The notes: generated by a model not told the origin, from the sequence alone. A DNA stretch of 64,000 nucleotides from Vulcanimicrobiota bacterium (GCA_963714015.1 OY970223.1:768001-832000), one strand, 5' to 3'. Positions 37,544-49,365 are shown, counted from the stretch's first letter. Made by a program: numbers and translations.

Positions 37544-38705
37544 GTGAATCGGATCTATTTGGACAACGCGGCGACGACGAGCATACGCCCGGAAGTGCTC
37601 GAAGCGATGCTTCCGTTTTTTTCGGAGCGCGGATACAATCCCAGTTCCGTCCATGCCGAGGGCCGCGCCGCCCGAGCGGCACTCGACGAGGCGCGCGAAC
37701 GCGTCGCGCGCTGCATCGGCGCCCGTTCCGAAGGAAATCGTTTTTACCGCCGGCGGTTCGGAGGCGGACAACTTGGCGCTGCTCGGAGTCGCGGGAGCCG
37801 CGCCTTCAGAGTCTCGATTCGTCAGTACCTCCATCGAGCATCATGCGGTTCTCCACGCGCTCGATGCGCTGCGGGATAGAGGCGCCGGCGTTGAGATTCT
37901 CCCGGTGGACTCGGAGGGCCGGCTCGACGCTTCGGTGTTCGAGCGCGCGCTTACGCCCGGCACGCGGCTGGCCTCCGTAATGTACGTGAACAACGAGCTG
38001 GGCACGGTAGCGCCCATCGCTCGTTTGGCCGCCGTCGCCCGCAAGCGAGGCGTGCTTTTTCACAGCGACGCCGTCCAGGCCGCGGCGTACCTGCCTATCG
38101 ACGTCCGCGAGCTGGGGGTTGACCTGCTTTCGATAGCGGCGCACAAGTTCTACGGTCCCAAGGGCGTCGGGGTGCTCTACGTGCGCGACGGGACGCCGCT
38201 TGCGCCGATGCTCCGCGGGGGTTCCCAGGAGTACGGCCGGCGCGCGGGGACCGAGAATCTCGCCGGTATCGCGGGGCTGGCTTGCGCCCTTGAATTAGCG
38301 CTCGACGAGCGGACCAAAGCCGCGGCCCGCGTAGGCACGCTCAGGGATTCGCTCGAGGGGGCCGTCAGCCGCATCGCGGGCGCCCGCGTCAACGGCGCGA
38401 ACGTTCCCCGCGCGCCCCATATTTCCAACGTGAGCTTCCTCGGCGTCGAGTCCGAGCAACTGCTGCTGCGGCTCGATTTGGACGGAATCGCCGTCTCGGC
38501 CGGCAGCGCTTGCGCGTCGGGTGCCGTCGAACCCAGCCACGTCATTGCCGCCCTCGGTCTGCCGTCCGAGTGGACGCGCGGCGTGATACGCTTTTCCCTG
38601 GGACGAACCACGTCCGAAAGCGATATCGATCGTACGGCGAAGGTCCTCGAGCGAGCCGTCTCGGACTTGCGATCGATCTCCGAGGTTTCGCCTGCTTTTA
38701 GATAA
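37544..38705 (+). CDS. iscS: Cysteine desulfurase (IscS/NifS); indel near 37725
   Basis: IYLDNAATT, NPSS.H, DAVQ, AHKFYGPKGVG, SAGSACAS. Confidence 0.93.
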
Positions 38706-38818
38706 CCAAGCGGCTGGGAATAGTTTGTTCACGCTTCCAACGCGGAAGCTACGACTTTTTCCCGCGGGATGGAGGCCGGCGCGTCCGGTCTTGAGCGACT
38801 AGTAAGGGGACGAAGGGA

Positions 38819-39229
38819 TTGAGCACAGGTTTGGATTGGTCCGCGTTTCTCGACGTACTCGCAGGCGTCGGAGCGTTTTTGGCGGGTCTTGGGATTTTTG
38901 TCGCAATGGCTGCCTTGGCGCGAACGCTGCGCCGGCTCGACAAAACCCTCGACGGTCTTGACGAACAGGTGGCAGCTTTGGGTAAGCCTGTTAGCGAAAC
39001 GCTCGCGCACGTCGGCGGTATCGCGGATACGGCCGATCAAACGATTGCGCGTTTATCCGGAGTCGTCGGATCGCTCGAACAGATCTCGGGCTCTCTCGCA
39101 CAGGGCGCAAAGATCACGCAAGAGGCCATGACTCCGGCGATTGTCAACGCGGGCGCGACGCTGGGCGGCATCACCGCGGGACTTCGCCGCCTGGTTCGCG
39201 GCGAAAAGGGAACGGGAGAGAACGCATGA
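38819..39229 (+). CDS. DUF948-like (YtxG-like) general stress membrane protein
   Basis: N-terminal TM plus coiled coil; directly upstream of the YtxH-like gene. Confidence 0.65.
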   Translation: MSTGLDWSAFLDVLAGVGAFLAGLGIFVAMAALARTLRRLDKTLDGLDEQVAALGKPVSETLAHVGGIADTADQTIARLSGVVGSLEQISGSLAQGAKITQEAMTPAIVNAGATLGGITAGLRRLVRGEKGTGENA

Positions 39230-39609
39230 GCGAGAGCGGCAACGAGCGGAGAGAGGGCGGCGGGGGATTCTTCGCCGGTTTTCTGCTCGGCGCCATAGTG
39301 GGCGCAGCACTCGCTTATTTCATCACGCAAGAGGAAGCGCGCGACGTTCTTCTGGGCAAGGCGCGCGAAGCCGGGAACTTGGCAATGGACGCAACCGGCG
39401 ATCTTCGCGGCCGCGTCTCGGAAGCCGCAACGACGATCCAGACCAATGCCGCCGACCTGTACGCCCGCGGAAAAACCGTCGTGGACAACGCCCGCACCAA
39501 CGTCGACGCCGCCGTCGAGGAAGGCCGCTCCACGGCGGATCAATTACGGACGGACCTGAACCGGCAGTCATCGCCATCACCATCACCATCGCAGACCTCG
39601 GAGTCTTAG
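39226..39609 (+). CDS. YtxH-like protein
   Basis: FFAGFLLGAIVGAALAYF N-terminus followed by amphipathic helices. Confidence 0.75.
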   Translation: MSESGNERREGGGGFFAGFLLGAIVGAALAYFITQEEARDVLLGKAREAGNLAMDATGDLRGRVSEAATTIQTNAADLYARGKTVVDNARTNVDAAVEEGRSTADQLRTDLNRQSSPSPSPSQTSES

Positions 39610-39617
39610 GAGTAAGT

Positions 39618-39962
39618 GTGGACATCAAAGTAAACGTAAGGGAATCGCAGGGCGACACGTACGTCGTCGATCTGAACGGAGAGATCGACGTGTATACGTC
39701 ACCGAAGGTCAAGGATGCGATCGGAGACCTCATCGACAAGGGACACTACAATCTCGTGATCAACCTCGAGAAAGTACGCTATATCGACTCGACCGGATTG
39801 GGCGTCTTAATCGGCGGTCTCAAGCGCGTGCGCGAGCATGGGGGAACCGTCAATTTGGTCTGCACGAACCCGCAGATCAAAAAGATCTTCGACATAACCG
39901 GACTGGTGAAAATCTTCGGAATCTACGACGATGAGGATTCTGCCATGAAGGCGCTTGTGTGA
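39618..39962 (+). CDS. Anti-sigma factor antagonist (STAS, RsbV/SpoIIAA-like)
   Basis: GEIDVYT, YIDSTGLGVL, KIFDITGL; AGGAG RBS. Confidence 0.93.
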   Translation: MDIKVNVRESQGDTYVVDLNGEIDVYTSPKVKDAIGDLIDKGHYNLVINLEKVRYIDSTGLGVLIGGLKRVREHGGTVNLVCTNPQIKKIFDITGLVKIFGIYDDEDSAMKALV

Positions 39963-40390
39963 ACCAGCCTCTCGCCCAGTCGAACCGTTCAATGGCCGTC
40001 GTGGAGTTGCGCATTCCCAGTAAGGCCGAGTGGGTCGCCGTCGCCCGCTTGGCCGTCGCCGCCGTAGCCAACCGGCTGAACTTTTCTATCGAAGACATCG
40101 AAGACGTCAAACTCGCCGTCGCGGAAGCGTGCACGAACTGCATACAGCACGCTCACGGGAGCGATCAAATCGAGATCACGTGTGAAACCGAATCGGACTC
40201 CCTGACGGTGCGGGTGCGCGATTACGGGTGCGGCACGCGGCCCGAGGTCGTCGCTTCACGCCATGCCGACGAACCGCGCGTCGGCGGCCTTGGCGTCTTT
40301 CTGATTCGGTCGCTCATGGATTCCGTCGAATACGACGTGCATCCGGAACGCGGCACGAATCTCGTCATGACGAAAAAAGTAACGAACTAG
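39959..40390 (+). CDS. Anti-sigma factor Ser kinase (RsbW-like)
   Basis: KLAVAEACTNC, VRDYG, GGLGVFLIRSLMD. Confidence 0.93.
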   Translation: MNQPLAQSNRSMAVVELRIPSKAEWVAVARLAVAAVANRLNFSIEDIEDVKLAVAEACTNCIQHAHGSDQIEITCETESDSLTVRVRDYGCGTRPEVVASRHADEPRVGGLGVFLIRSLMDSVEYDVHPERGTNLVMTKKVTN

Positions 40391-41178
40391 TGCAACAGCA
40401 CGCAGACGACGAACGCTGGGATCGGCAAAAGACCCGCGAAGCTTTCGCACGCTTTGCCGATGCCAAAAAGGATCCGCACAACTCCGAGTACGATCGTCTG
40501 CGCAGCGAATTGGTCGTTGCGCACCTCAACTTGGTGCGTTATCTCGCCGTCAAGTTCGCCAATCGCGGCGAGGCGCTCGACGACCTCATTCAAGTGGGAA
40601 CGGTCGGATTGCTCAAAGCGATCGACCGGTTCGATTTAGAGCGCGGCGTAGAGTTCACAACGTACGCGACGCCGACCATCGTCGGTGAAATCAAGCGCTA
40701 TTTCCGCGACAAAGGCTGGGCCGTAAAGGTACCGCGCCGGCTTCAAGAACTCAATTTGGCCGTTAACCGCGCTATCGAGAAACTCTCGGTAAAGATGGGC
40801 CGAAGCCCGACCGTCGGGGAGCTGGCCGAGCATCTGAACGCTACCGAAGAAGACATCCTCGAAGCCCAGGAGCTGGGCCAGGCGTACAACCTGCTCTCGC
40901 TGGACACCGAACTCTCCGGCGAAGGCGACAAGAAGTCGCAGACGCTGGCCGACTACATCGGCACCACGGACGCGGGACTGGCGCTGCTCGAGGACAAGGC
41001 CAATCTCGAGCGGGCGTTCGAGGTGCTCACCGGGCGCGAACGCGTCATTCTCTATCTGCGATTCTACGAGAGCGTCTCGCAGACCGAGATCGCCAAACGC
41101 CTGAACGTCTCGCAGATGCACGTCTCCCGGCTCCAGCAGAAAGCGCTCGAAAAACTCCGGCACGTCCTCCAGGAGTAG
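40390..41178 (+). CDS. SigB/SigF/SigG-family RNA polymerase sigma factor
   Basis: DDLIQVG, YATPTIVGEIKRYFRD, SQTEIA..L.VSQMHVSRL. Confidence 0.95.
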   Translation: MQQHADDERWDRQKTREAFARFADAKKDPHNSEYDRLRSELVVAHLNLVRYLAVKFANRGEALDDLIQVGTVGLLKAIDRFDLERGVEFTTYATPTIVGEIKRYFRDKGWAVKVPRRLQELNLAVNRAIEKLSVKMGRSPTVGELAEHLNATEEDILEAQELGQAYNLLSLDTELSGEGDKKSQTLADYIGTTDAGLALLEDKANLERAFEVLTGRERVILYLRFYESVSQTEIAKRLNVSQMHVSRLQQKALEKLRHVLQE

Positions 41179-41232
41179 CAGCCGCCCCAGGCAGGCAAAG
41201 GCCGTCTCCTGGCACTAATTACGAGCCATCCC

Positions 41233-43878
41233 ATGAGAAGCCAAGAACTGCGCTCGGCCTTCGTCGAGTTTTTTACGTCCCGCGGCCACAGGCACGTGCC
41301 CTCCGCGAGTCTCATTCCCGACGCGATGTCGACCACGCTCTTCACGATTGCGGGCATGGAGCAGTTCGTTCCGGCGTTTCTGGGAGACGAGCCGCCGCCT
41401 GCGCTCAATGCCGTAACCGTGCAGCGCTGCCTGCGCGTGGCCGGCGCGAAGAGCGACATCGAGAACGTCGGCCGAACCGGCCGCCACGGCACCTTCCTGG
41501 AGATGCTGGGCAATTTCAGCTTCGGCGGCTACTACAAACGCGAAGCGATCGGCTACGCGTGGGAGTTCGTCACGCAAGTGATGCGGCTGGATCCGGAGCG
41601 GCTGCGGATTACGGTGCATACCGGCGACGATGAGGCCGAACGAATCTGGCGCGAGGAGATCGGCGTGTCCGCCGAACGCATCACGCGTTTCGACGAAGAC
41701 AATTTTTGGACGATGGGACCGACGGGTCCATGCGGGCCATGCACGGAGATCTTCTACGATTCGGGTGCGCAAAACGCCACCGGTCCGGACGACGACGGGC
41801 CCAACAAAGGCGACCGTTTCGTCGAGATTTGGAATGTCGTCTTCCAGCAATACAACCGTGATGCCGCCGGTAAACTCGAAGAGCTGCCGCGCAAGCAGAT
41901 CGATACCGGAGCGGGTCTCGAGCGCATGCTCGCGGTTGCGAACGGAAAAGTCTCGATGTATGAGACGGATCTCTTCACCGATCTCATCGCCGCCCTTCCT
42001 CCGGCGGGGCAAACCACGCTTTCTTCAAAAGATCGGCTCGAGCGCCGCAATATCATCGCCGATCACGCTCGCGCGGTCACGTTTCTGATCAACGACGGCA
42101 TCTACCCGGGTAACACGGATCGCGGCTACGTCTTGCGATTTTTGATTCGACGCGCCATTCGCAACGGCAAATTGCTCGGCTACCCGAACGGGTTTTTGAC
42201 GCAGCTCGTGCCCGCGGTCGTGACGTCGCTGGAGCCGGGCTATCCGGAGCTGCGGGCCAACATCGCGCGCATTCAAAGCGCGTTGCGCACGGAAGAGCAA
42301 ACCTTCGACCGCACGCTGGAGCGCGGCATCGCGATGCTGGACGATCTGCTCGCAAAGACGCCGGACGGCTCCGCGATCTCCGGTCAAGACGCGTTCGTGC
42401 TTCACGACACGTACGGATTTCCAATCGAGCTCACCCGCGAGATAGCGGCCGAGCGCGCCATCGCCGTCGACCACGCGGGATTCACGGCTGCAATGCAGGA
42501 GCAGCGGGAACGCGCCCGCCGGGACGCCGCGGCAAAACGCGCGGTCGTAACGCTTGCCGAATTACCTGCAACCAAAACCGAGTTCCTCGGCTATGAAGGC
42601 CTCGAAGCCGACGGCGAGATCGTCGCCATTCTCAGGGACAACGATCTGGCGCAAGAGCTTCATGCGGGCGACGCCGCGCAGATTATTTTGGACCGCACGT
42701 CGTTCTATGCCGAAAAAGGTGGCCAGATCGGCGACCGCGGAACGATTACGCTCCCGCATCCTCGCGATCTTGTGGAAACGCCGGCCGAGTCCGTCGAGAC
42801 CGCTTTTGAAGTCACCGATACGCAATTCCAAGGCGAAGCGGTGCTTCATTCCGGCAAGCTCGTGCGCGGTACCCTCCGCACGGGCGATCGCGTGCGCACG
42901 CAAGTATCGGCCGAGTGGCGCCGCGAGATCCGCAGGCATCACACGTCCGCGCATTTGCTCCAGCGGGCGCTCAAGGACGTGCTTGGAGACGAAGTCGCGC
43001 AGGCCGGTTCGTGGGTGGGCACCGATCGAATGCGCTTCGATTTCCGCTCGCCGGCGGGCGCGTTGACGGCCTCGCAGAAACGCGAGATCGCGCATCGTGT
43101 CAACGAGATGATTCGCGACGATACGCCGCTCGAGACGCGCGTGCTGCCGATCGAAGAAGCCAAAGCCGGCGGCGCAGTGATGATGTTCGGCGAAAAATAC
43201 GGCGATCGAGTACGCGTCGTCAAAGCCGGTCCGTCGGTCGAGTTCTGCGGAGGAACGCACGCGCATTCAACCGGCGAGCTCGGCATGTTCGTTATCCTCA
43301 GCGAATTTTCTATCGGGAGCGGAATCCGGCGCATTGAATCCTGTGTTTCCCGCGCCGCTGAAGAGTTTACGCAGCGGCAGCAAGAGATGATCGCGGATCT
43401 CGCCTCTTCCCTTGCCGCCGCGCCGGACGAATTAGGGGACCGTATTACGCGGCTGCAGCGGGACGTCAAGGATCTGCAGAACGCGGTCGGCGAGCTGAAG
43501 GCGCGTTTGGCGGCTGCGGATGCGCAGACGTACGTCGAGAACGCGCAGCGCGAAGGAAACAAGACGTTCGTCGGCGCCGTCGTCCCGGAAGCGAACGCCG
43601 AGGCGCTGCGTCACTTGACCAGCGCGATTCGTCAGCGGTTGCGCAGCGGAGTCATCGCTCTGGCGGGGATCGACGACGGTACCGTAAGCCTTTTGGTAAG
43701 CGCGAGCGACGACATGGTGAAGGAAGGCGTCCACGCCGGGAATTTGGTGAAGCTCGCCGCGCCGCTCGTTGGAGGAAGAGGCGGCGGGCAGGCCGCGCAA
43801 GCCCAAGGCGGCGGCAAGGAGCCGGAACGGGCGCACGACGCCGTGCGCGCGATTCGTGAGGCAGTGCTGAGCGCGTGA
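41233..43878 (+). CDS. alaS: Alanine--tRNA ligase
   Basis: FTIAGM, TFLEMLGNFSFG, IDTGAGLER; editing-site motifs HHTSAHLL and FCGGTH. Confidence 0.98.
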   Translation: MRSQELRSAFVEFFTSRGHRHVPSASLIPDAMSTTLFTIAGMEQFVPAFLGDEPPPALNAVTVQRCLRVAGAKSDIENVGRTGRHGTFLEMLGNFSFGGYYKREAIGYAWEFVTQVMRLDPERLRITVHTGDDEAERIWREEIGVSAERITRFDEDNFWTMGPTGPCGPCTEIFYDSGAQNATGPDDDGPNKGDRFVEIWNVVFQQYNRDAAGKLEELPRKQIDTGAGLERMLAVANGKVSMYETDLFTDLIAALPPAGQTTLSSKDRLERRNIIADHARAVTFLINDGIYPGNTDRGYVLRFLIRRAIRNGKLLGYPNGFLTQLVPAVVTSLEPGYPELRANIARIQSALRTEEQTFDRTLERGIAMLDDLLAKTPDGSAISGQDAFVLHDTYGFPIELTREIAAERAIAVDHAGFTAAMQEQRERARRDAAAKRAVVTLAELPATKTEFLGYEGLEADGEIVAILRDNDLAQELHAGDAAQIILDRTSFYAEKGGQIGDRGTITLPHPRDLVETPAESVETAFEVTDTQFQGEAVLHSGKLVRGTLRTGDRVRTQVSAEWRREIRRHHTSAHLLQRALKDVLGDEVAQAGSWVGTDRMRFDFRSPAGALTASQKREIAHRVNEMIRDDTPLETRVLPIEEAKAGGAVMMFGEKYGDRVRVVKAGPSVEFCGGTHAHSTGELGMFVILSEFSIGSGIRRIESCVSRAAEEFTQRQQEMIADLASSLAAAPDELGDRITRLQRDVKDLQNAVGELKARLAAADAQTYVENAQREGNKTFVGAVVPEANAEALRHLTSAIRQRLRSGVIALAGIDDGTVSLLVSASDDMVKEGVHAGNLVKLAAPLVGGRGGGQAAQAQGGGKEPERAHDAVRAIREAVLSA

Positions 43879-44546
43879 TTGCAGCCGCGCTTATCGCGTT
43901 TGCCCTCGCCCGCACGCCGCTGGACTCGCAGGTCGTCCTCGATCGCTATGCCGCCCGCCTGCTCAGCCTCGAGGCGCCGAAAGCGATGGTCTTCTCGTAC
44001 AACGTTTCGCAAGCCGGGCCGCACGTCATCGAGCAGACGCATCGCGAGTACCGCAGCGGCGAGATGGTTCGCGACGAGACGCTCACCGTCGACGGACAGC
44101 CGCTTCGTCCAAAAGTCACGCGCATCGCCCGTTACCGCAATCACTATACGCTGGATGGATTGGCGCCGCGGCTCTCGCAGTACGCGTTTCTCTTCATGCG
44201 ATCGTACCGGTCGGGCAACTCCTATCAATACGAATACCGGGCGGAAGCGATCGCTGCGGCGGGCAACTTCGTAATCGACGGCATGACCATCGACGGGCGC
44301 TCGTTCCTGCCTTCCCTCATCCGCTTTCACACGACCAACGGTTCGATCGAGGGAACCGGCTCGGTGACGTTTGCAAAAGACGGCAAGTATTGGCTGCCTA
44401 TCGCCGCGAACGTCGCAGCCACGATAGACGGCAAACCCGCCCGCGAGCGGATAACCTTCAGCGGTTACCAATTCCCAGGGAGCTTGCCAAAATCAACGTT
44501 TCAAGCGCCGAAACCGCTGCCCACTCCGACGCTGCCGGCGTTCTAG
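43875..44546 (+). CDS. Hypothetical exported protein
   Basis: 223 aa; hydrophobic N-terminus; GTGA overlap with alaS. Confidence 0.65.
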   Translation: MIAAALIAFALARTPLDSQVVLDRYAARLLSLEAPKAMVFSYNVSQAGPHVIEQTHREYRSGEMVRDETLTVDGQPLRPKVTRIARYRNHYTLDGLAPRLSQYAFLFMRSYRSGNSYQYEYRAEAIAAAGNFVIDGMTIDGRSFLPSLIRFHTTNGSIEGTGSVTFAKDGKYWLPIAANVAATIDGKPARERITFSGYQFPGSLPKSTFQAPKPLPTPTLPAF

Positions 44547-44593
44547 TCCGCGACGGTGCGGCCGATCGTGCTGCAGCGTGGCTTGCATGGCTT

Positions 44594-46010
44594 ATGCCGC
44601 TCGCGATTTATGCCGCGTCGCTGGAGAGTGCCGTCGCTTTTTGGGATACGGGTGAAGCGCAAACCGTTCCGTGGATTTTCGGCATCATGCATCCCACCGG
44701 TTTCCCCGCCTTCACCATTATGGCCGGCGTCTTCGCGCACGTCTTTGCGCTGGGGACCGTGGCTTGGCGGATTGCATTTTTTTGCGCGCTTGCCGCGTCC
44801 GGATCGTCATGGCTCGTCTATCGGATCGCTCGCGACTTAGGAGGCAACTCGTTTGCGGCGCTCGGCGCGGCGTGGATGTTCGCGTTCGGCGACGTGGTGT
44901 GGACGCGCAGCACGCGTCCCGAGATCCACGATCTCGCGCTGTTTTTTATGCTGGCGTGCATAGCCGGCGTCATCGCGTGGTATCGCGCAGGGCCGCGGTG
45001 GTCTTTGCCCGTGGCGGCTGCTGCATACGGCCTTGGTCTGGCCACGCACGCGATCGCGATCTTCATCACGCCTTCAATCGCCGTACTGCTCGCCGCGCGC
45101 GGCAAAGCGCTGCATCGCGGCGAGGTTCTAACGGCGCTCGGAGTGCTTGCGCTGAGCCTTTGCACTTACGCTTATCTCCCGATTCGAAGCTTTACCGTCG
45201 ATGCGGCGCATCTGGATCCGCTCGTCGCCCTCGGCAAACCGCGCGGTAACGCGTTCTGGAACACGGACGATCCCTCGACGCTTTCCGGTTTCGCGCGTCT
45301 CGTTTCCGGATCGGATTTTCCCACGGGCAATGCACTGCGCAACATGATCTCGCCCGAAGATTACGGCAAGAACGGCCCGCAGCTCTGGGAAGCGCTGTTC
45401 AAGGACTTTACGCTTGCGGGCTTGGCGCTCGCGTTAGCGGGAATTGCGGCGCTCTACCAGCGCGATAAGATTGCGCTGGCAGCGCTCGTGCTCATGGGGT
45501 TTTTGCCGAGTGCATTCGCGTTCGGCTACACCGTCCTCGCCGATATGGATCGCTATTTTTTCGCCTCGCTCGCCATAACGGCGATACTTTGCGGAATCGG
45601 CGCCGCACGTCTCTGCGCGCTTCCGGTTCGGTACGCGCGCTTCATTGCGCTGCTTCCCGTGTATCCTTGCGATCGGGCTCCTATATTCCGGCCGCCGCAC
45701 GTTCTCGCAGCCCGCCGACCGCGGCGCCGAGTACGTCATCAATTCGGTCGTCCTGCATACGCCTGACGACGCGGTGCTGGTAGCACCGTGGCAGCAGGCG
45801 ACGGCACTGGCGTACGGCGAGTACGTCGAACGACGGCTGGGCCGCCGTATCATCGATTCCGCGTGGTATGGCGAAGATGAAGACTATATCCCGAAGTGGA
45901 CGGCGCGTTATCCGGTGTACGTCGTGGGTTCGCCTTGGGGCCAGGTCAAAGGCTATACGCTCCGCGCCGTTGCCAAGAATCCCGACATCTATCGCGTGGT
46001 CAAAAACTAG
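44594..46010 (+). CDS. DUF2723 / TMEM260-like GT-C membrane glycosyltransferase; indel near 45660, start approximate
   Basis: WDTGE.Q, GIMHPTGFP, STRPEIH, YAYLPIRS; many TM helices. Confidence 0.75.
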
Positions 46011-47183
46011 TGCGCCGGGGTACGCTGATCGCGGCCGTCGTCGCCCTGCTCGCTACGCTCGCCGCCTCGCACCTGCGTTCGACGCCGTACAACAACTACG
46101 TGCTGCTGGCGCAAGCGCTGCTGCACGGACACACATGGATCGACTGGCCCGGGGACTATATCGACGCGCTCGGCTACAACGGGCAGCATTACGTCATCGA
46201 GGCGCCGTTGCCCGCACTACTGCTCTTGCCGTACGTCGCGTTCGCGGGGACGGCGGCGAATCAGACTTGGCTCGCAATCGTCTTGGCGGCCATTGCAATC
46301 GGGGCGGCATGGGAGCTTGGTGCGCGACTCGGGCTGCGCGACGGGGTGAACGCGTGGCTTTGCGCGTTTTTGCTTCTCGGCACCGATTTGCTGTGGTGCG
46401 CGATGCTCGGCGACGTGTGGTTAATCGCGCACGTGAGCGCCGTCTGTTTCACGATGCTTGCGCTCGTGGAGGTCTGCGGCAAACGCCGAGGGTGGCTCGT
46501 CGCGCTCTGGGCGGTTTGCGCGGCGGAGTCGCGCTTTACGATGGTTCTCGCGATTCCGGTGTACCTCGTGTTGCTCGTGGCCGGCACAACGCAGCCGGAT
46601 GAGTTTAGGTTTGACAGGGAACGGCTTCGATCGCTGATCGGATGCGGCGCAGTGTTTGCGGCGGCCGCCGTGTTCTGGGCTTGGTATAATCTGGCGCGTT
46701 GGGGCACGGTCAGCGACATCGGTTACACGACTTGGTACCATCAGGATCAAGCGGGAATGCCGGCCGGATCGCCGTTTCAATTGCGCTATCTGGAATATCA
46801 GATCTGGTCGTTCTTCGTGCAGCAGCCCGGCATTTCTGCTACATGGCCTTGGTTTACGCTGTCCTATTCGGGCGTGGCCTTGACGTGGACGAGCCCCGCG
46901 CTGGTGTACGCGCTTTGGGCAAAACGTCCGCGCGTCTTTACGCTCGCGCTTTGGGCAGCCGCGATCCTGACCGCCGTTCCCAACTTCGTCTATTACGTGA
47001 ACGGCTACGCCCAATACGGCATGCGGCACGCGCTGGACTTCATTCCGTTTGTTTTTGTCGCTGATGTGCCTGGCGGCGCGCAATGGGCTTGCGGTTTGGG
47101 TAAGGGCACTCATTGCCTACTCCTGCGCGGCCGGCATCTACGGCGTTTGGTTTTGGGACGCGCTGATTCGGAGGGCTTACTAA
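46010..47183 (+). CDS. Polytopic membrane protein, GT-C glycosyltransferase-like; indel near 47060
   Basis: YNNYVLLAQALLHG, YNGQHY, YNLARWG, QYGMRHALDF; many TM helices. Confidence 0.6.
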
Positions 47184-48968
47184 TTCGCTGCACCGTTTGA
47201 GAGCTGCTCGAAAGCCTCGCGAAGTTCGGCAGTGCTTTGCGCCGGTGACGCGCAGGCCGTGCCGATGCAGACATAGGCGGCCGGGCGCACCGACGAAATC
47301 AAAGCCGCGCTTTAGGAGCGCATTACCATCTTCAACATCGATCGTCCGAACGGCGGTTAGCGGCGAGGGCAATGCATGTGCGGCCTCGCGGAGGGCTGCG
47401 GTTTCGCCGGCGGAGCCAAGGAGCACGACCGACGTCTCCGGCGACAAAAAGCGGCGTACGCTGCGCGCGTAGGACGCGGCGAAGACCCCGGAACTTTCGT
47501 AAGTTGGGACGTAAAGGGAGAGCGTGTTCGCGGCGATCTCGCGATAACGCGGTTCGCCCTCCAAAATGGAAAGCCGCATCAAACACTCCGCCAATAGCGA
47601 ATTGTCGGCGAGCGGTCGATCGCGCAGGGAAAGATTTCCCAGCGGTTCCTCCACCGACGCATGATCGTAAAAGCCGCCGTCCGGAGCGCCGAAGCGCTGT
47701 TCGATTACGGCCGCCAAACCCTGCGCCCGTTCTAAAAAGCGCCGTTCGCCGGTGTATTCGTGAGCGTCGAGCAGTGCGCGAAAGTATGCCGCTTGGTCCG
47801 TCAGCAGGCCACGAACTTGCGGCGCACCACCGGGCTCGATGAAATGGTACAGCAGGCCCTCGTCATCGCGCATCCTCTCGTGCAATGCGTCCAGGGTCGC
47901 GAGTCCCTCGGCGACGATGCGATCGTCCTCGAGCACATCGCCCGCCGAAACGAACGTTCCGGCCATTGCCGCCGTCCAATTGGAGTAGGACGTGCGATCG
48001 ACGTACGGGGCTCGAAGTTTGCGGCGCTCTTCGAGCGGAAGTTCGTAGTACTGTTCGTCGGCGTCCTGGCTTCCGGCAAACAACTGCGTGCTCGAATCGC
48101 GCAGGACGGTTCGAACGTACATCAGGGCCGAGACGAGCGTGCTGCGAAAGCGCTCGTTACGCGTCGTGCGCGCCAGAGAGGCGAGTATCCGCAGCAGCGC
48201 GGCGTGGTCCTCGGTCATTTTCTCAAAATGCGGAACCGACCAATCACGCGTCGTCGAGTAACGGAAAAAGCCGCCCTCGGCGTGATCGTACATTCCGCCG
48301 GTGGACATGGCAATCATGGACTTCGCGACCATCTCAAATTGCCGGCTGTTGCCGGTGATGCGATGCTCCTGAAGCAAAAACTCCAACGCATCGGTCATCG
48401 GGAACTTCTGCGAGCTGCCGAATCCGCCGTACTCGTCGTCGTAAATCGCTTCCAATGCGCCCGTGACTCGCTCGACAATCGCGTCGCTCAGGTCGCCGGG
48501 TTGCGAGGGTGCATTCTTGACGTGCAGCCTCTGGGAGACCTCCGCCGCGCGTTCCGCGATCCGCTCGCGGTTGGAGCGGTAGAACTCGACGATCTGCTCG
48601 AGCGCGGCGCTCATCTGTTCGGGCGGAAGGTACGTCGCGCCGGCCAGCAGCGTGCCGTCGGGCGTCAAGAACGCGGTCGTCGGCCAGCCGCCTTGGTTAT
48701 AGCGCGCGTTGACGTCGGGACGCCGGTCGTTGTCGACGCGCACCGGTATGTATCGATCGTTGATCGCGCTGATGACCGTGGAGTCTGAATAACTCGTCTC
48801 GTCCATGACGTGGCACCAGTGGCACCATACGGCGGAAATGGAAAGAAGAATCGGCTTGTCTTCGCGACGCGCGCGTTCGAACGCGGGCTCGGTCCAGGAT
48901 TGCCAGTTGATTTCGTGTGCCCGGTTCGGGCGGGGGGAGAAACGAAAGTCGCTAGGGGTCGTCGGCAT
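47180..48968 (-). CDS. Thioredoxin-domain protein YyaL/DUF255 (SSP411); 3' indel
   Basis: WCHWCHVMDETSY, GGWPTT.FLTPDG, GGFFRYST, PHFEKM. Confidence 0.9.
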
Positions 48969-48972
48969 CGAA

Positions 48973-49257
48973 TCAGTCCTGATCGGCAAAGCCGCGCAAA
49001 AACGAAGTGAAGTAAAAAATCGAGATCAGCACCGCTACCGCCAGCAGCGGCACAGCCGGTATCGCGGCGTAGAAATACGATACCGCAAAGAGCACCATCA
49101 GCGCGAAGCTGACGAGCGCATACCGGCTGTGCGTCGCGCGGCTCATTCCGTATTCGCCGCTCGCATAGGAACTTGCCGACCCGGCTGACGCGCCGCGGGC
49201 CGAGAGCACGCACGTAATCAGTGAAAGAGCGAATCCTACAACGATCCAAAAGTTCAC
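48973..49257 (-). CDS. Small membrane protein
   Basis: Three hydrophobic segments; GTG start inferred. Confidence 0.55.
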   Translation of the reverse strand: MNFWIVVGFALSLITCVLSARGASAGSASSYASGEYGMSRATHSRYALVSFALMVLFAVSYFYAAIPAVPLLAVAVLISIFYFTSFLRGFADQD

Positions 49258-49365
49258 GGGTTGCCGGTCGATCCGGCAAGCGTACAGGCTGCCAGCGCTG
49301 GGTATAACCGGGCCACTGCAGATCCCTCTCGGGGTTTGCGAGGCGAAAAAGGAGCAAGAATCCGT

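Noticed and set aside
39568..39592. catcac microrepeat
   Set aside because: It encodes the low-complexity SPSPSPS tail of the YtxH-like protein.
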